Positions 40,553-48,682 of a DNA stretch of 60,539 nucleotides are shown here, piece by piece. Origin of the DNA: a virus. The notes under the pieces are model-generated. The model had not been told where the DNA came from and ran no database searches. It saw nothing but the letters and a program-made list of their open reading frames with translations. The stretch lies in IMG/VR virus record IMGVR_UViG_3300028048_000007, positions 1 to 60,539 of that record; one strand, 5' to 3'. The position numbers and the translations under genes were made by a program. Position 1 is the first letter of the stretch, and the number at the start of each line of letters is the position of its first letter.

Positions 40553-40949
40553 TTCCATTTACCTCCGTTGTTGGTGCTGTTCCATCTATTGCAAGTAAAT
40601 CATTATTAGGAGAACAACAAATTCTACCAAGCAATCTGAAACTTCCACTTGTAGGAGAAGTTACAACTCTAGTAGCATACCTTGTTCTTGTTCTAATGCT
40701 ACAAGCTGTAGCCTGTGAACAATCACACTTCTGTAAGGGGTACAATTCTGTTCCTGTTCCTATCTGAATAAATACGGGAGCATTTATTGTAGTTGCATCG
40801 GGTATGTTCTGTGCAACAACTATACAATACTTCTCTCCATCTTCATATGAACCTTGTGGAAGTGTAATAATAAGATTAGGTGCTGTAAATGTAACCGCTG
40901 TACTTATTCTGATTCTGTCACACAATTTACACACATTTGTACAAGCCAT
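40545..40949 (-). CDS. Cys-rich beta-type protein of unknown function (134 aa)
   Basis: MACTNVCKLCD.. N-terminus, central ..CDCSQATAC.., C-terminal ..RICCSPNN..; start behind GGAGG. Confidence 0.7.
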   Translation of the reverse strand: MACTNVCKLCDRIRISTAVTFTAPNLIITLPQGSYEDGEKYCIVVAQNIPDATTINAPVFIQIGTGTELYPLQKCDCSQATACSIRTRTRYATRVVTSPTSGSFRLLGRICCSPNNDLLAIDGTAPTTEVNGNG

Positions 40950-40991
40950 AATTACCTCCAATCAAGGGGTGGTTGTTCACCACCCCGAACA

Positions 40992-41177
40992 TCAACCAAG
41001 TTTGGTGAGTATTTGTTCTAACATTGTGATTATCTTTTCCAAGTATTCTGTATCTTGCTTTGCCAAATGACTTGCAATCTCATCATTACTTGTAGACTTT
41101 AGTTCTTCCTCATAATTCTGTAACTGTAACATCACAGAAAACCAAGTAAGAACATTCATCATATAATCATTATTCAT
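40992..41177 (-). CDS. Hypothetical protein (61 aa)
   Basis: ORF track 40992..41198; start moved to MNNDYMMNV, 2 nt after the upstream stop. Confidence 0.55.
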   Translation of the reverse strand: MNNDYMMNVLTWFSVMLQLQNYEEELKSTSNDEIASHLAKQDTEYLEKIITMLEQILTKLG

Positions 41178-41179
41178 AA

Positions 41180-41956
41180 TTACATACCGCAACCACAATT
41201 ACCTATACCATAAGAAGCAGTATAAGGATTGCAAGTAATGTATGCAGGTCTTGCACAAGGGCGAAGTTCATTAATCAGATAGTTATTCTGCTTCTCCTGT
41301 GAAGCCGCAAGACGAAGTGCTTGATTTTCCTGTTGAAGATTTGCAATCTTATCATTAACAAGGAAGTCATACAGAGTTCTCGTATTTGCATTTGCATTGT
41401 CAGTAATATCCCTAACAGCCGTAGCAATACTATTCTGAACAGCACAAGTATCTGTTGCCTGTTGATATGCAACCTGTGCAAATCCATTTTGTGTCTTGCA
41501 ACAACAATCCTTAATGCTATCATTAAGCATATAAGTATTCTGCATGTTTGCAATCATATTCTGCTGTGCGGCATTTCTGGTTTCATAACCATCTCTTACG
41601 ATAGAAAGATTTACAGCATCAAATCCTGTTGCAATCTGATTAGCAAGATTATCTACTCTATCGGTAAAATACTGATTCTGATTTGCGAAACCATCAGAAA
41701 GACTCTGCTGTAATCCTCTTACTCCACTCTGTAAATCATTGAAGTTCATGTCTTGGCAAAGTTCTCCTCTGGTAAGTGCGGCATTACCTGCACCGTTTCC
41801 CCAACCAAAACCATTACCAAATCCACCTCCAAAGATAGCGGCAATTACAACAAGCCAAATAATAACTTCAAAGCCATTACCAAAACTGTTGCCCCAACCA
41901 CCACCATAATTCATAGGAACTACAGGCATAGTCATACCACTTTCACTATTAAACAT
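41180..41956 (-). CDS. Gly-rich single-TM protein with an Asn/Gln-rich body and Cys clusters (258 aa); unknown function
   Basis: ..NYGGGWGNSFGNGFEVIIWLVVIAAIFGGGFGNGFGWGNGAGN.., ..DCCCK.., C-terminus ..ITCNPYTASYGIGNCGCGM; AGGAGG RBS. Confidence 0.75.
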   Translation of the reverse strand: MFNSESGMTMPVVPMNYGGGWGNSFGNGFEVIIWLVVIAAIFGGGFGNGFGWGNGAGNAALTRGELCQDMNFNDLQSGVRGLQQSLSDGFANQNQYFTDRVDNLANQIATGFDAVNLSIVRDGYETRNAAQQNMIANMQNTYMLNDSIKDCCCKTQNGFAQVAYQQATDTCAVQNSIATAVRDITDNANANTRTLYDFLVNDKIANLQQENQALRLAASQEKQNNYLINELRPCARPAYITCNPYTASYGIGNCGCGM

Positions 41957-42011
41957 AATGATTCCTCCTTAAAGTTATTTGTTTATTGTTAAGTATGCAT
42001 ACTTTAACTAA

Positions 42012-42224
42012 CTATTTTGTTATACCAAACATATTCATTGCTTTATTGTAATACTCTTCTATATCTATACCTTTTTCTTTTGCTAAATTTCTGGCAAACT
42101 CTTCAAGTCCTTTTACATCATTCTTTTGTGCCATACCTATTACATTGTTCATCATAGGATTTTGATTTCCAAACTGCTGTGAAAGTCTGTTAACAATCAT
42201 CTGCATAGGATTAAAAGTAGGCAT
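42012..42224 (-). CDS. Hypothetical protein (70 aa)
   Basis: ORF track. Confidence 0.6.
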   Translation of the reverse strand: MPTFNPMQMIVNRLSQQFGNQNPMMNNVIGMAQKNDVKGLEEFARNLAKEKGIDIEEYYNKAMNMFGITK

Positions 42225-42226
42225 AA

Positions 42227-42631
42227 TTAATTCTCCTTTTTACTTACAGACTTTTTAGAAAGTATTTCTTGCAATGCTGTCAATTGTTCCTCTATACCAT
42301 TAAGTTTTACCATCATGGGATTTTCTTTTTCTTCTGTTTCTTCTTTAATTGCTTTATAAGTAATTTGTTCCGTTGTACCATTTTGCAACCAACGTTTTGA
42401 ATATATTTCAGTGCCATCCGCTTTAGGGAAATAATAAGTATTTCCATCCATAGGAATATCTGCACTCTTAAACACTTCAAAACTTTCAACCATCTTTCCA
42501 TTCAAACCTGTTTGTGGTGTTTGTTGTTGTGGTACAAATTGTGGTTGTGGTTGATACTGTGGAATGGGTTGATTAAAACCATATCCATTCATTGCATTTG
42601 GTGTGTAAGGATTAAACACTGGATAGTTCAT
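42227..42631 (-). CDS. Hypothetical protein with a Gln/Pro-rich N-terminus (134 aa)
   Basis: ORF track 42227..42655; start moved to MNYPVFNPY behind GAGGAGG; ..QPIPQYQPQPQFVPQQQTPQ.. Confidence 0.65.
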   Translation of the reverse strand: MNYPVFNPYTPNAMNGYGFNQPIPQYQPQPQFVPQQQTPQTGLNGKMVESFEVFKSADIPMDGNTYYFPKADGTEIYSKRWLQNGTTEQITYKAIKEETEEKENPMMVKLNGIEEQLTALQEILSKKSVSKKEN

Positions 42632-42632
42632 T

Positions 42633-42740
42633 TTAAACCTCCTCAATTGAAACAATTTGACTTATAAGAATTACAAGAAATTTACTTGGAACTTTCTTTA
42701 GCATTTGAATAAACTTTTCTGTCACTACAATTTCATACAT
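42633..42740 (-). CDS. Possible small protein (35 aa), first ORF of the accessory operon
   Basis: Hand translation MYEIVVTEKFIQMLKKVPSKFLVILISQIVSIEEV behind AAGGAGG. Confidence 0.35.
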   Translation of the reverse strand: MYEIVVTEKFIQMLKKVPSKFLVILISQIVSIEEV

Positions 42741-42847
42741 GGCTTCAACCTCCTTTGTGACAATTAAAACATATCTCAAATGTAAATAAGTGTAGAATAA
42801 AGATAAAAAGAAAATAAAAGAAATATACCAAAAATAGACAACAAAAA

Positions 42848-42883
42848 AGCACCCACATAACCGTTTCCAGTTATATGAGTGCT
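42848..42883 (-). terminator. Rho-independent terminator overlapping the stop of 42871..43101
   Basis: On the coding strand: AGCACTCATATAAC-tggaaacg-GTTATGTGGGTGCT (14 bp including 2 G.U), followed by TTTTTTG. Confidence 0.75.
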
Positions 42884-43101
42884 TCGATACGTTTTAGAAT
42901 CCGTTGATGCATTTTAACTACTCCTGCTTTTGAATATCCTAATTCATCCGCTATGTAATCAAAACTTTTTCTCTCAACATAATACATTTGCATTAAACGT
43001 TTTTCCTTATCGCTTAACATGGAATTTTCCAACAAAGAATTGAACTCCAATTTACTTGGTATTTGTTGTACCTTGTGTTTTATATCTATATGATGTGTCA
43101 T
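42871..43101 (-). CDS. Small sigma-70 region-4-like HTH protein (76 aa)
   Basis: ..LSDKEKRLMQMYYVERKSFDYIADELGYSKAGVVKMHQRILKRIEAL.. resembles region 4.2 only. Start moved to MTHHIDIK (ATGA overlap with the upstream ORF). Confidence 0.65.
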   Translation of the reverse strand: MTHHIDIKHKVQQIPSKLEFNSLLENSMLSDKEKRLMQMYYVERKSFDYIADELGYSKAGVVKMHQRILKRIEALI

Positions 43102-43232
43102 ATATATCTCCCACAAGCAGGACAACGTTTTGATGTTCTCTTTGGTTTTCTACCACCTTTAGTGTTAGAAGAACTTCTCACTCTGCTTCTTGTTACAACA
43201 ACTGTTCTCGTTGTCGTTTGTCTTGCTCCCAT
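43098..43232 (-). CDS. Possible Arg/Thr-rich micro-protein (44 aa) ending in CPAC
   Basis: Hand translation MGARQTTTRTVVVTRSRVRSSSNTKGGRKPKRTSKRCPACGRYI; fills the gap exactly. Confidence 0.4.
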   Translation of the reverse strand: MGARQTTTRTVVVTRSRVRSSSNTKGGRKPKRTSKRCPACGRYI

Positions 43233-43234
43233 AA

Positions 43235-43564
43235 TTACTCACCTTCACCTTCACTTTCATTATGAACAGCATTGTCATTATATTGATTTCCTTCAATGTT
43301 ATTTATTGTTGCATTGTCACCATCAACTTCTTGTGTTGTTTCCTCTGAATAAGTGTAAGTGTCAACATATTCGAATTGGCTTTCATACCAAAAGAAACCG
43401 ACAATCATTGAAGCAATAATTACCGTAAAACAAATTGAAAGAATCACAATAAGTTTTATAAGTGTTTTTGCATTATTCCTTTGGTTCTGAACAACTTGAA
43501 CAAGAAGTTCTGTCAACTCCCTGTCTTTAGTCACCAACTCTTCATGCAACATGTCTTTCATCAC
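43235..43564 (-). CDS. Hypothetical single-TM protein (109 aa)
   Basis: ORF track; ..LIKLIVILSICFTVIIASMIVGFFW.. Confidence 0.65.
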   Translation of the reverse strand: MMKDMLHEELVTKDRELTELLVQVVQNQRNNAKTLIKLIVILSICFTVIIASMIVGFFWYESQFEYVDTYTYSEETTQEVDGDNATINNIEGNQYNDNAVHNESEGEGE

Positions 43565-43833
43565 TACAACCCTACCTTTGTCATAAGAATATGTACTTGT
43601 TCTTTCAAAGATGCAATATCTCTTGAATGTTCATCAATAATTTTATCGAACTTATCATTTCTTTCTTTTACATCTGACTTTAATTCTTCAATACCTTTTA
43701 CACATTGGTCTATTTTTGCAATCAGCACTCCATCCTGTTTTGCTCTTGTAAGTTGTGCAGAAACAAATGTGGCAACTCCTACTACACAGCCTATAATACC
43801 TACAACGCAACCGATTAAAGAAATTGGTGTCAT
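43564..43833 (-). CDS. TM + coiled-coil protein (XhlA-like organisation)
   Basis: N-terminal ..ISLIGCVVGIIGCVVGVATFV.., then a heptad-like region. Confidence 0.55.
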   Translation of the reverse strand: MTPISLIGCVVGIIGCVVGVATFVSAQLTRAKQDGVLIAKIDQCVKGIEELKSDVKERNDKFDKIIDEHSRDIASLKEQVHILMTKVGL

Positions 43834-43851
43834 ATCTTCTTCCTCCTTTCC

Positions 43852-45249
43852 TTAAGAGTTGTTATGTGGAACATAAACTTGAATAGTATCACCTGCATTT
43901 CCACTTGTTTTTGCAAATCCAATTGCACTTTTGTTGTCATACTCCCTTACATAGTTTGTAGGCTCTCCAAGGAGAATTTGATTTTCTGCAACAATAAATG
44001 AATACTCAATTACCCCAACTGATAAAATAGAACCAGAAGAACTTGCATAATTATATGTAAAGGAAACGTTCTTTATTACATCATCAAACATAAAACCAAA
44101 CATACCTGCTTGATTTATATTAATGTCTTGAAAAGTTCCAATAGTAAGATTAAATTCTCCTAATTCATTTTCGCTTAAAACAATTACACTTGACATTGCC
44201 TGTCCGTAAGTAGCTGTTCCATATCTTGAAATGCTATGAATTATAACTTCACTTTCGTTTCCGTAATCAATAAACCAATTGCACCAAGAGGGAGTAATTG
44301 TTGTAATTTCTTCATAATATTTAGTCAACATTGAAGATATATCAAGTATAAGAATTTTAGGCTTACACCAGTAAACACTTCCGCTAGAAGCATTATACTT
44401 CACACTGTTAACTAAATAAAAAGTATTTCCAACAATTTGTATATCGTAACCTGTGTTATAAAAATTTATACCACTTACATTTATTTCCTCTTTGCTAACT
44501 GTGCCATCCGTAGAAGAAAAATTATAAAACTTAACAATATGATAACCACTGTTACCACTTTGGTTGCTCGAACCAATAACGATTACTAAATTATTTCCAC
44601 TGCCTACAAAATATATTCCGTTGGAAGATAAACCTGTAACCGCAATTGTATCAGACAATGTTTGAACGTACTCATTGTTACTATTTTTAGAATACACTCT
44701 AAAATAACCACTTGTACCGTGAACAATTCCAATATGTTCATCAGCACCAAAAACCGAAATTCCATAAACCCCATCAGTAGGGAAACTTATAGTAATTACG
44801 TTTTGTTCAACCAACTCATCGTTGATAATTGTATATTTGTAAACATTGTTATATTTTGCATGAGATGAACCCACATAATGTATATAAAACAACGAATTAG
44901 TTTGAATATTAAAATCAAACTTCATTGCTATACTGGTGCTTATCTCTGCATCCAATACTACTTGGTGTAATACTTCTACCCCATTAGAAGTACCTTGAAC
45001 AAGTGTAGCATACAAAACTCCTTGTTCGTTCTTGTGTACAACTACCATTTTCTTATTAGCAACATCATATAATTTTTTGTACACAAGAGTACAGTTTTTG
45101 CTATCACTTAACAATCTATAGTCACTACTTCTTACAACTGAAACAAAATCTCCCTTTTCAATTGTATTGTTTTCTGCTACAACGAAATTTTCAACATCAC
45201 CATTTATTACAGGGTCTTTTCTGTTTGGAATATTTGTTTTTCCTCTCAT
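43852..45249 (-). CDS. Tail/baseplate-associated protein (465 aa), beta-rich
   Basis: ORF track; position after the Tal and baseplate genes. Confidence 0.65.
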   Translation of the reverse strand: MRGKTNIPNRKDPVINGDVENFVVAENNTIEKGDFVSVVRSSDYRLLSDSKNCTLVYKKLYDVANKKMVVVHKNEQGVLYATLVQGTSNGVEVLHQVVLDAEISTSIAMKFDFNIQTNSLFYIHYVGSSHAKYNNVYKYTIINDELVEQNVITISFPTDGVYGISVFGADEHIGIVHGTSGYFRVYSKNSNNEYVQTLSDTIAVTGLSSNGIYFVGSGNNLVIVIGSSNQSGNSGYHIVKFYNFSSTDGTVSKEEINVSGINFYNTGYDIQIVGNTFYLVNSVKYNASSGSVYWCKPKILILDISSMLTKYYEEITTITPSWCNWFIDYGNESEVIIHSISRYGTATYGQAMSSVIVLSENELGEFNLTIGTFQDININQAGMFGFMFDDVIKNVSFTYNYASSSGSILSVGVIEYSFIVAENQILLGEPTNYVREYDNKSAIGFAKTSGNAGDTIQVYVPHNNS

Positions 45250-46199
45250 TGATTTCTAACTCCTATCATTGCCTGTATTGTACCAGTAGGATTAAAAGTG
45301 CAAGTTAAAACTATCTTACCTGCGGCACTGTCAACATAGATGTTTGCCGCTTCTGCGTTATCCATTGTTTCTGCCGTAAAGTAAACATCAACAAGGCTAT
45401 TTGCTGTAACTCTACTATCAGCAATTTCACACCTTCTATTGGTGAATGTAAGAGTTTGAAGCGGAAGAACAAAAAACTTTCCAACAAAAGTTGTTATCGT
45501 ATCTAAAGCACTATTTGCTGTTTCCTCAACAGACTCTTGGTATTGCTCAACAGTTTGGTTTAACTCTGCAAATTCCATTTGCAACCTAATAGCAAGGTCA
45601 CCTGTTACTTGGTCTTTTACTGAATCAAACCACTCATTAAATATTGCATCATACTGTGCAAACAATGTTTCAGTATCAATACTATCTGCTTGCAAACCTC
45701 TTACAATTCCACATGCGGTTTGGTCTGTCCTTTTGTCGGTTATCTTATCACCAAGAATAGTTGCCACACTAGGTTCAACCTCAATCTGTGCAAGAACCAA
45801 ATCATAAACACTGTCACTTCTTGTGGGTTCAAAAATATCAGTAGCGTACACAAGTGAAATAGTTCTGTTCGACAAACTCCAACGAAGGATAACACTATCT
45901 GTTCTTGTATATGCTGTAGTATTTGCAGGAACGGCAAGTGACATATCTTCATCAAGATGATACCAAAAACCATTTATAAACGCCCAACCTGCTTTAACAA
46001 CAACTGACATAGCACCTGTTGCAAGAACCTTTAAATTATTATCGGGATTGTAATACACACCATTTCCAAAAAACTTTGCAAAATAATCCGCAAACTGATT
46101 GTAAAAATACTTTAAATCCCAATCTCCCAAAGTACCTGTCTGCGGATTTACTATTGTTTCATCCCATACTGCTTCAAAAAATCCACTTTGCTGTGCCAT
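45246..46199 (-). CDS. Baseplate / fibre-shoulder protein (317 aa)
   Basis: ORF track 45246..46211; start moved to MAQQSGFFEAVWDE behind GGAGG. N-terminal GFF..NGVY..G.A.I.G pattern common in siphovirus baseplate proteins (from memory). Confidence 0.65.
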   Translation of the reverse strand: MAQQSGFFEAVWDETIVNPQTGTLGDWDLKYFYNQFADYFAKFFGNGVYYNPDNNLKVLATGAMSVVVKAGWAFINGFWYHLDEDMSLAVPANTTAYTRTDSVILRWSLSNRTISLVYATDIFEPTRSDSVYDLVLAQIEVEPSVATILGDKITDKRTDQTACGIVRGLQADSIDTETLFAQYDAIFNEWFDSVKDQVTGDLAIRLQMEFAELNQTVEQYQESVEETANSALDTITTFVGKFFVLPLQTLTFTNRRCEIADSRVTANSLVDVYFTAETMDNAEAANIYVDSAAGKIVLTCTFNPTGTIQAMIGVRNQ

Positions 46200-46211
46200 T
46201 GTAACCTCCAT

Positions 46212-47720
46212 TTACAAAACACGGTTACCGAAAATCAAATCAAGTATTTCACCCTTTTCGGTTATTGATTTTGTTACACCAACTATCTGTACCTTTACAG
46301 CCATTCCAAGATTTCTGTTTACAACAGTAACATAATCTCCATTATTGTAGTCAACTCCGTATTTAAAAGAGTTATTTGAATTAGTCAAAACAGTTGCTTC
46401 AAAATCATATTCAACTGAATTATCCTTTAACTTCTCCATGCCCCTTTGAGTAAGCATTTCTTCATACTCTTCATCGGTAGTTGCATGTCTTTGAGCAGGT
46501 ACAGACTCTACATACAATGTACCTCCACTCATATACTGAATGTTGCTGTCGGTAACACAGACAATTACAAAAGAATCATAATGGTCTAATTCATTATCCT
46601 CTGCTTTGCAAGAAATGTCAAAGTCGAAGTTAACAATTGAACCTGCTTCTATAGTTTCGTTTACAACAACAATGTCGGGATAAGCAACTCCACCAAGATA
46701 AGGAACTATATAAAATCCAAAACTTGAAGATTGTTCTCCTGTACTTTTAACAGACACATTGCCTTTTACTGTAAAGTTTGTAATTTGAACATTTTGCAAA
46801 CTTGAAGCAGAAGCAGAATTCCAAACAACCTGTCTTGTTCCATCACCTGTCATTTGAGAACTTTTATACTCCAATTCATTTGCTTCTTGCTTTTGTAAAT
46901 CTCTCGCATCTACATAAAGTTCAACTCTATCCATATCCGTTAGTTCTTTATCACCAACTTCAATGACTTTTCTATCTTCTCCCTTATCTTCACCTGCAAC
47001 TATTGCAACCGTCTTTGCTTTAGTTGAATTAAGTTCGTACATAAGGTTTTCAACATTGTTTAAATTTGTATCAAACATTACAGGGTCGTTTCCACTTTGA
47101 TTTCCAACCGTTCTGTCAGTAGGAACATATTGTTCAAAAACAATATGCATTATGTTTTGATTTCTTCCTGTACTTGGATTGTACTTGGCAATCCCAGGAA
47201 CTAAACCAAAACCATAATGGTAAGGGTCATTCATTTCCTTTATTACCTCTGCACAATCACTTCCTGTTTGACAAAAGTTTACTTCCTCTGTGTTATGGTC
47301 GTAAGTGTCACCAACCATCATCAGACTCATTCTTCTTCTAAAATCCTCTGAACTGATAAAAAACTCCTGTACAAAATGTCTTTGCACCTCAAACACTTTA
47401 TCTTTAAGTCTAAAAGTTTTTTGAAATGTTCTGTACGACAAAAGATGTGAAAGCATATAGCCTTTTATCTGAACAGTGGGAGTAGAAATATTTTCACTAT
47501 GGAAATACTTTATAATTCCCATTATGAATTTATTACCAAGTTTTTCGAACAAAATAAAGTTACCTGCTACCAATAAATACGGCAGACTACTTTCTGTTAT
47601 TGGTACAGTTATTTGGAAAGTACCAACATCATTAAAGTAGTCTGTGTATTGTACAAAGGTATATGTTCGAATTATATCAACTCTATCGAAAGTATTCTTA
47701 TCATATATTTCAAGTAACAT
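46212..47720 (-). CDS. Tail-associated lysin/Tal-like tail tip protein
   Basis: 502 aa; N-terminus MLLEIYDKN..FQITVP..; position directly after Dit. Confidence 0.7.
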   Translation of the reverse strand: MLLEIYDKNTFDRVDIIRTYTFVQYTDYFNDVGTFQITVPITESSLPYLLVAGNFILFEKLGNKFIMGIIKYFHSENISTPTVQIKGYMLSHLLSYRTFQKTFRLKDKVFEVQRHFVQEFFISSEDFRRRMSLMMVGDTYDHNTEEVNFCQTGSDCAEVIKEMNDPYHYGFGLVPGIAKYNPSTGRNQNIMHIVFEQYVPTDRTVGNQSGNDPVMFDTNLNNVENLMYELNSTKAKTVAIVAGEDKGEDRKVIEVGDKELTDMDRVELYVDARDLQKQEANELEYKSSQMTGDGTRQVVWNSASASSLQNVQITNFTVKGNVSVKSTGEQSSSFGFYIVPYLGGVAYPDIVVVNETIEAGSIVNFDFDISCKAEDNELDHYDSFVIVCVTDSNIQYMSGGTLYVESVPAQRHATTDEEYEEMLTQRGMEKLKDNSVEYDFEATVLTNSNNSFKYGVDYNNGDYVTVVNRNLGMAVKVQIVGVTKSITEKGEILDLIFGNRVL

Positions 47721-48670
47721 TACTGTTCCTCCACCGCATACTTTTCGGGTTTAATTTCAACGGTAACGGTAAGGAGAAGTTCACTTTCATTATCGGTTGA
47801 ATAACCGATGAGGTTTGAACCTATACCAAATTCCAACCATGTATTATCAAAATCCCAATACTTAAAATAGTTTTGTGTAGGTTCACCACTACCACCTTTT
47901 ATACCTCTATAACTTCCTGCTCTTGTATCAACTACAATTACTTCACCTCTTTGCATTGTTTTATAGATGGTAAAACTCTCTCCTGTTTCAATGTTTTCTA
48001 CAGTAGGATTTACAACCTCACCACTTGCTTCAAGTTTAATTATTCCTCCAACTTTACTATCTCCTTCGTTATCTACAGAGATAACCAAATAATCAGTTCT
48101 TGTGCTAAACTGAAAACCTATATTTGGTATCTCTAAAGGAAAATGCCAAGCAGGTGATGCACCACTAACAACCGTGTTGGGTGCAACAACTTTGTGAAAC
48201 ATAGGATTAAAACAACGAATGTTTATAACAAACATACAAAAATATTCGTTATTCTCTTGATAGGTATTTCCATACTGTATAGAACGTGTAGGCTTTCCTT
48301 CAATATAGAAATTGCCAATTGTTACTCTCAAATAATCTTTCGGGTTTATCAACCCATTTAACACTTTCTTTTTCTCTAACATCTTCTGCTCTATTAAAGC
48401 AGGTATACCATCAAACTTTCCATAGTTACTTAAGTCCACCTCTGTAGGAACATAAAAAGCATAACCTGTTATTGTTATCTCCCTACCTGTGATGTTTGTA
48501 ATTGAGTCGTACTCACCAACCTGCCCTGGGTAGGTGTAAGTAGAATGAGTTGCAGGAGCATAACCCCAATCAAGACCATCACTTTTAAAAATGTAATCAT
48601 ACTTTGGTGTCTGACCGAAAGTAACTCTTTCCTTCGTAGTTTGATTTTCAATTATGAAACCTTTAACCAT
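47720..48670 (-). CDS. Distal tail protein (Dit)
   Basis: 316 aa immediately after the tape measure gene; 1-nt TAATG coupling to Tal. Confidence 0.7.
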   Translation of the reverse strand: MVKGFIIENQTTKERVTFGQTPKYDYIFKSDGLDWGYAPATHSTYTYPGQVGEYDSITNITGREITITGYAFYVPTEVDLSNYGKFDGIPALIEQKMLEKKKVLNGLINPKDYLRVTIGNFYIEGKPTRSIQYGNTYQENNEYFCMFVINIRCFNPMFHKVVAPNTVVSGASPAWHFPLEIPNIGFQFSTRTDYLVISVDNEGDSKVGGIIKLEASGEVVNPTVENIETGESFTIYKTMQRGEVIVVDTRAGSYRGIKGGSGEPTQNYFKYWDFDNTWLEFGIGSNLIGYSTDNESELLLTVTVEIKPEKYAVEEQ

Positions 48671-48682
48671 CCTACTCTCCTT

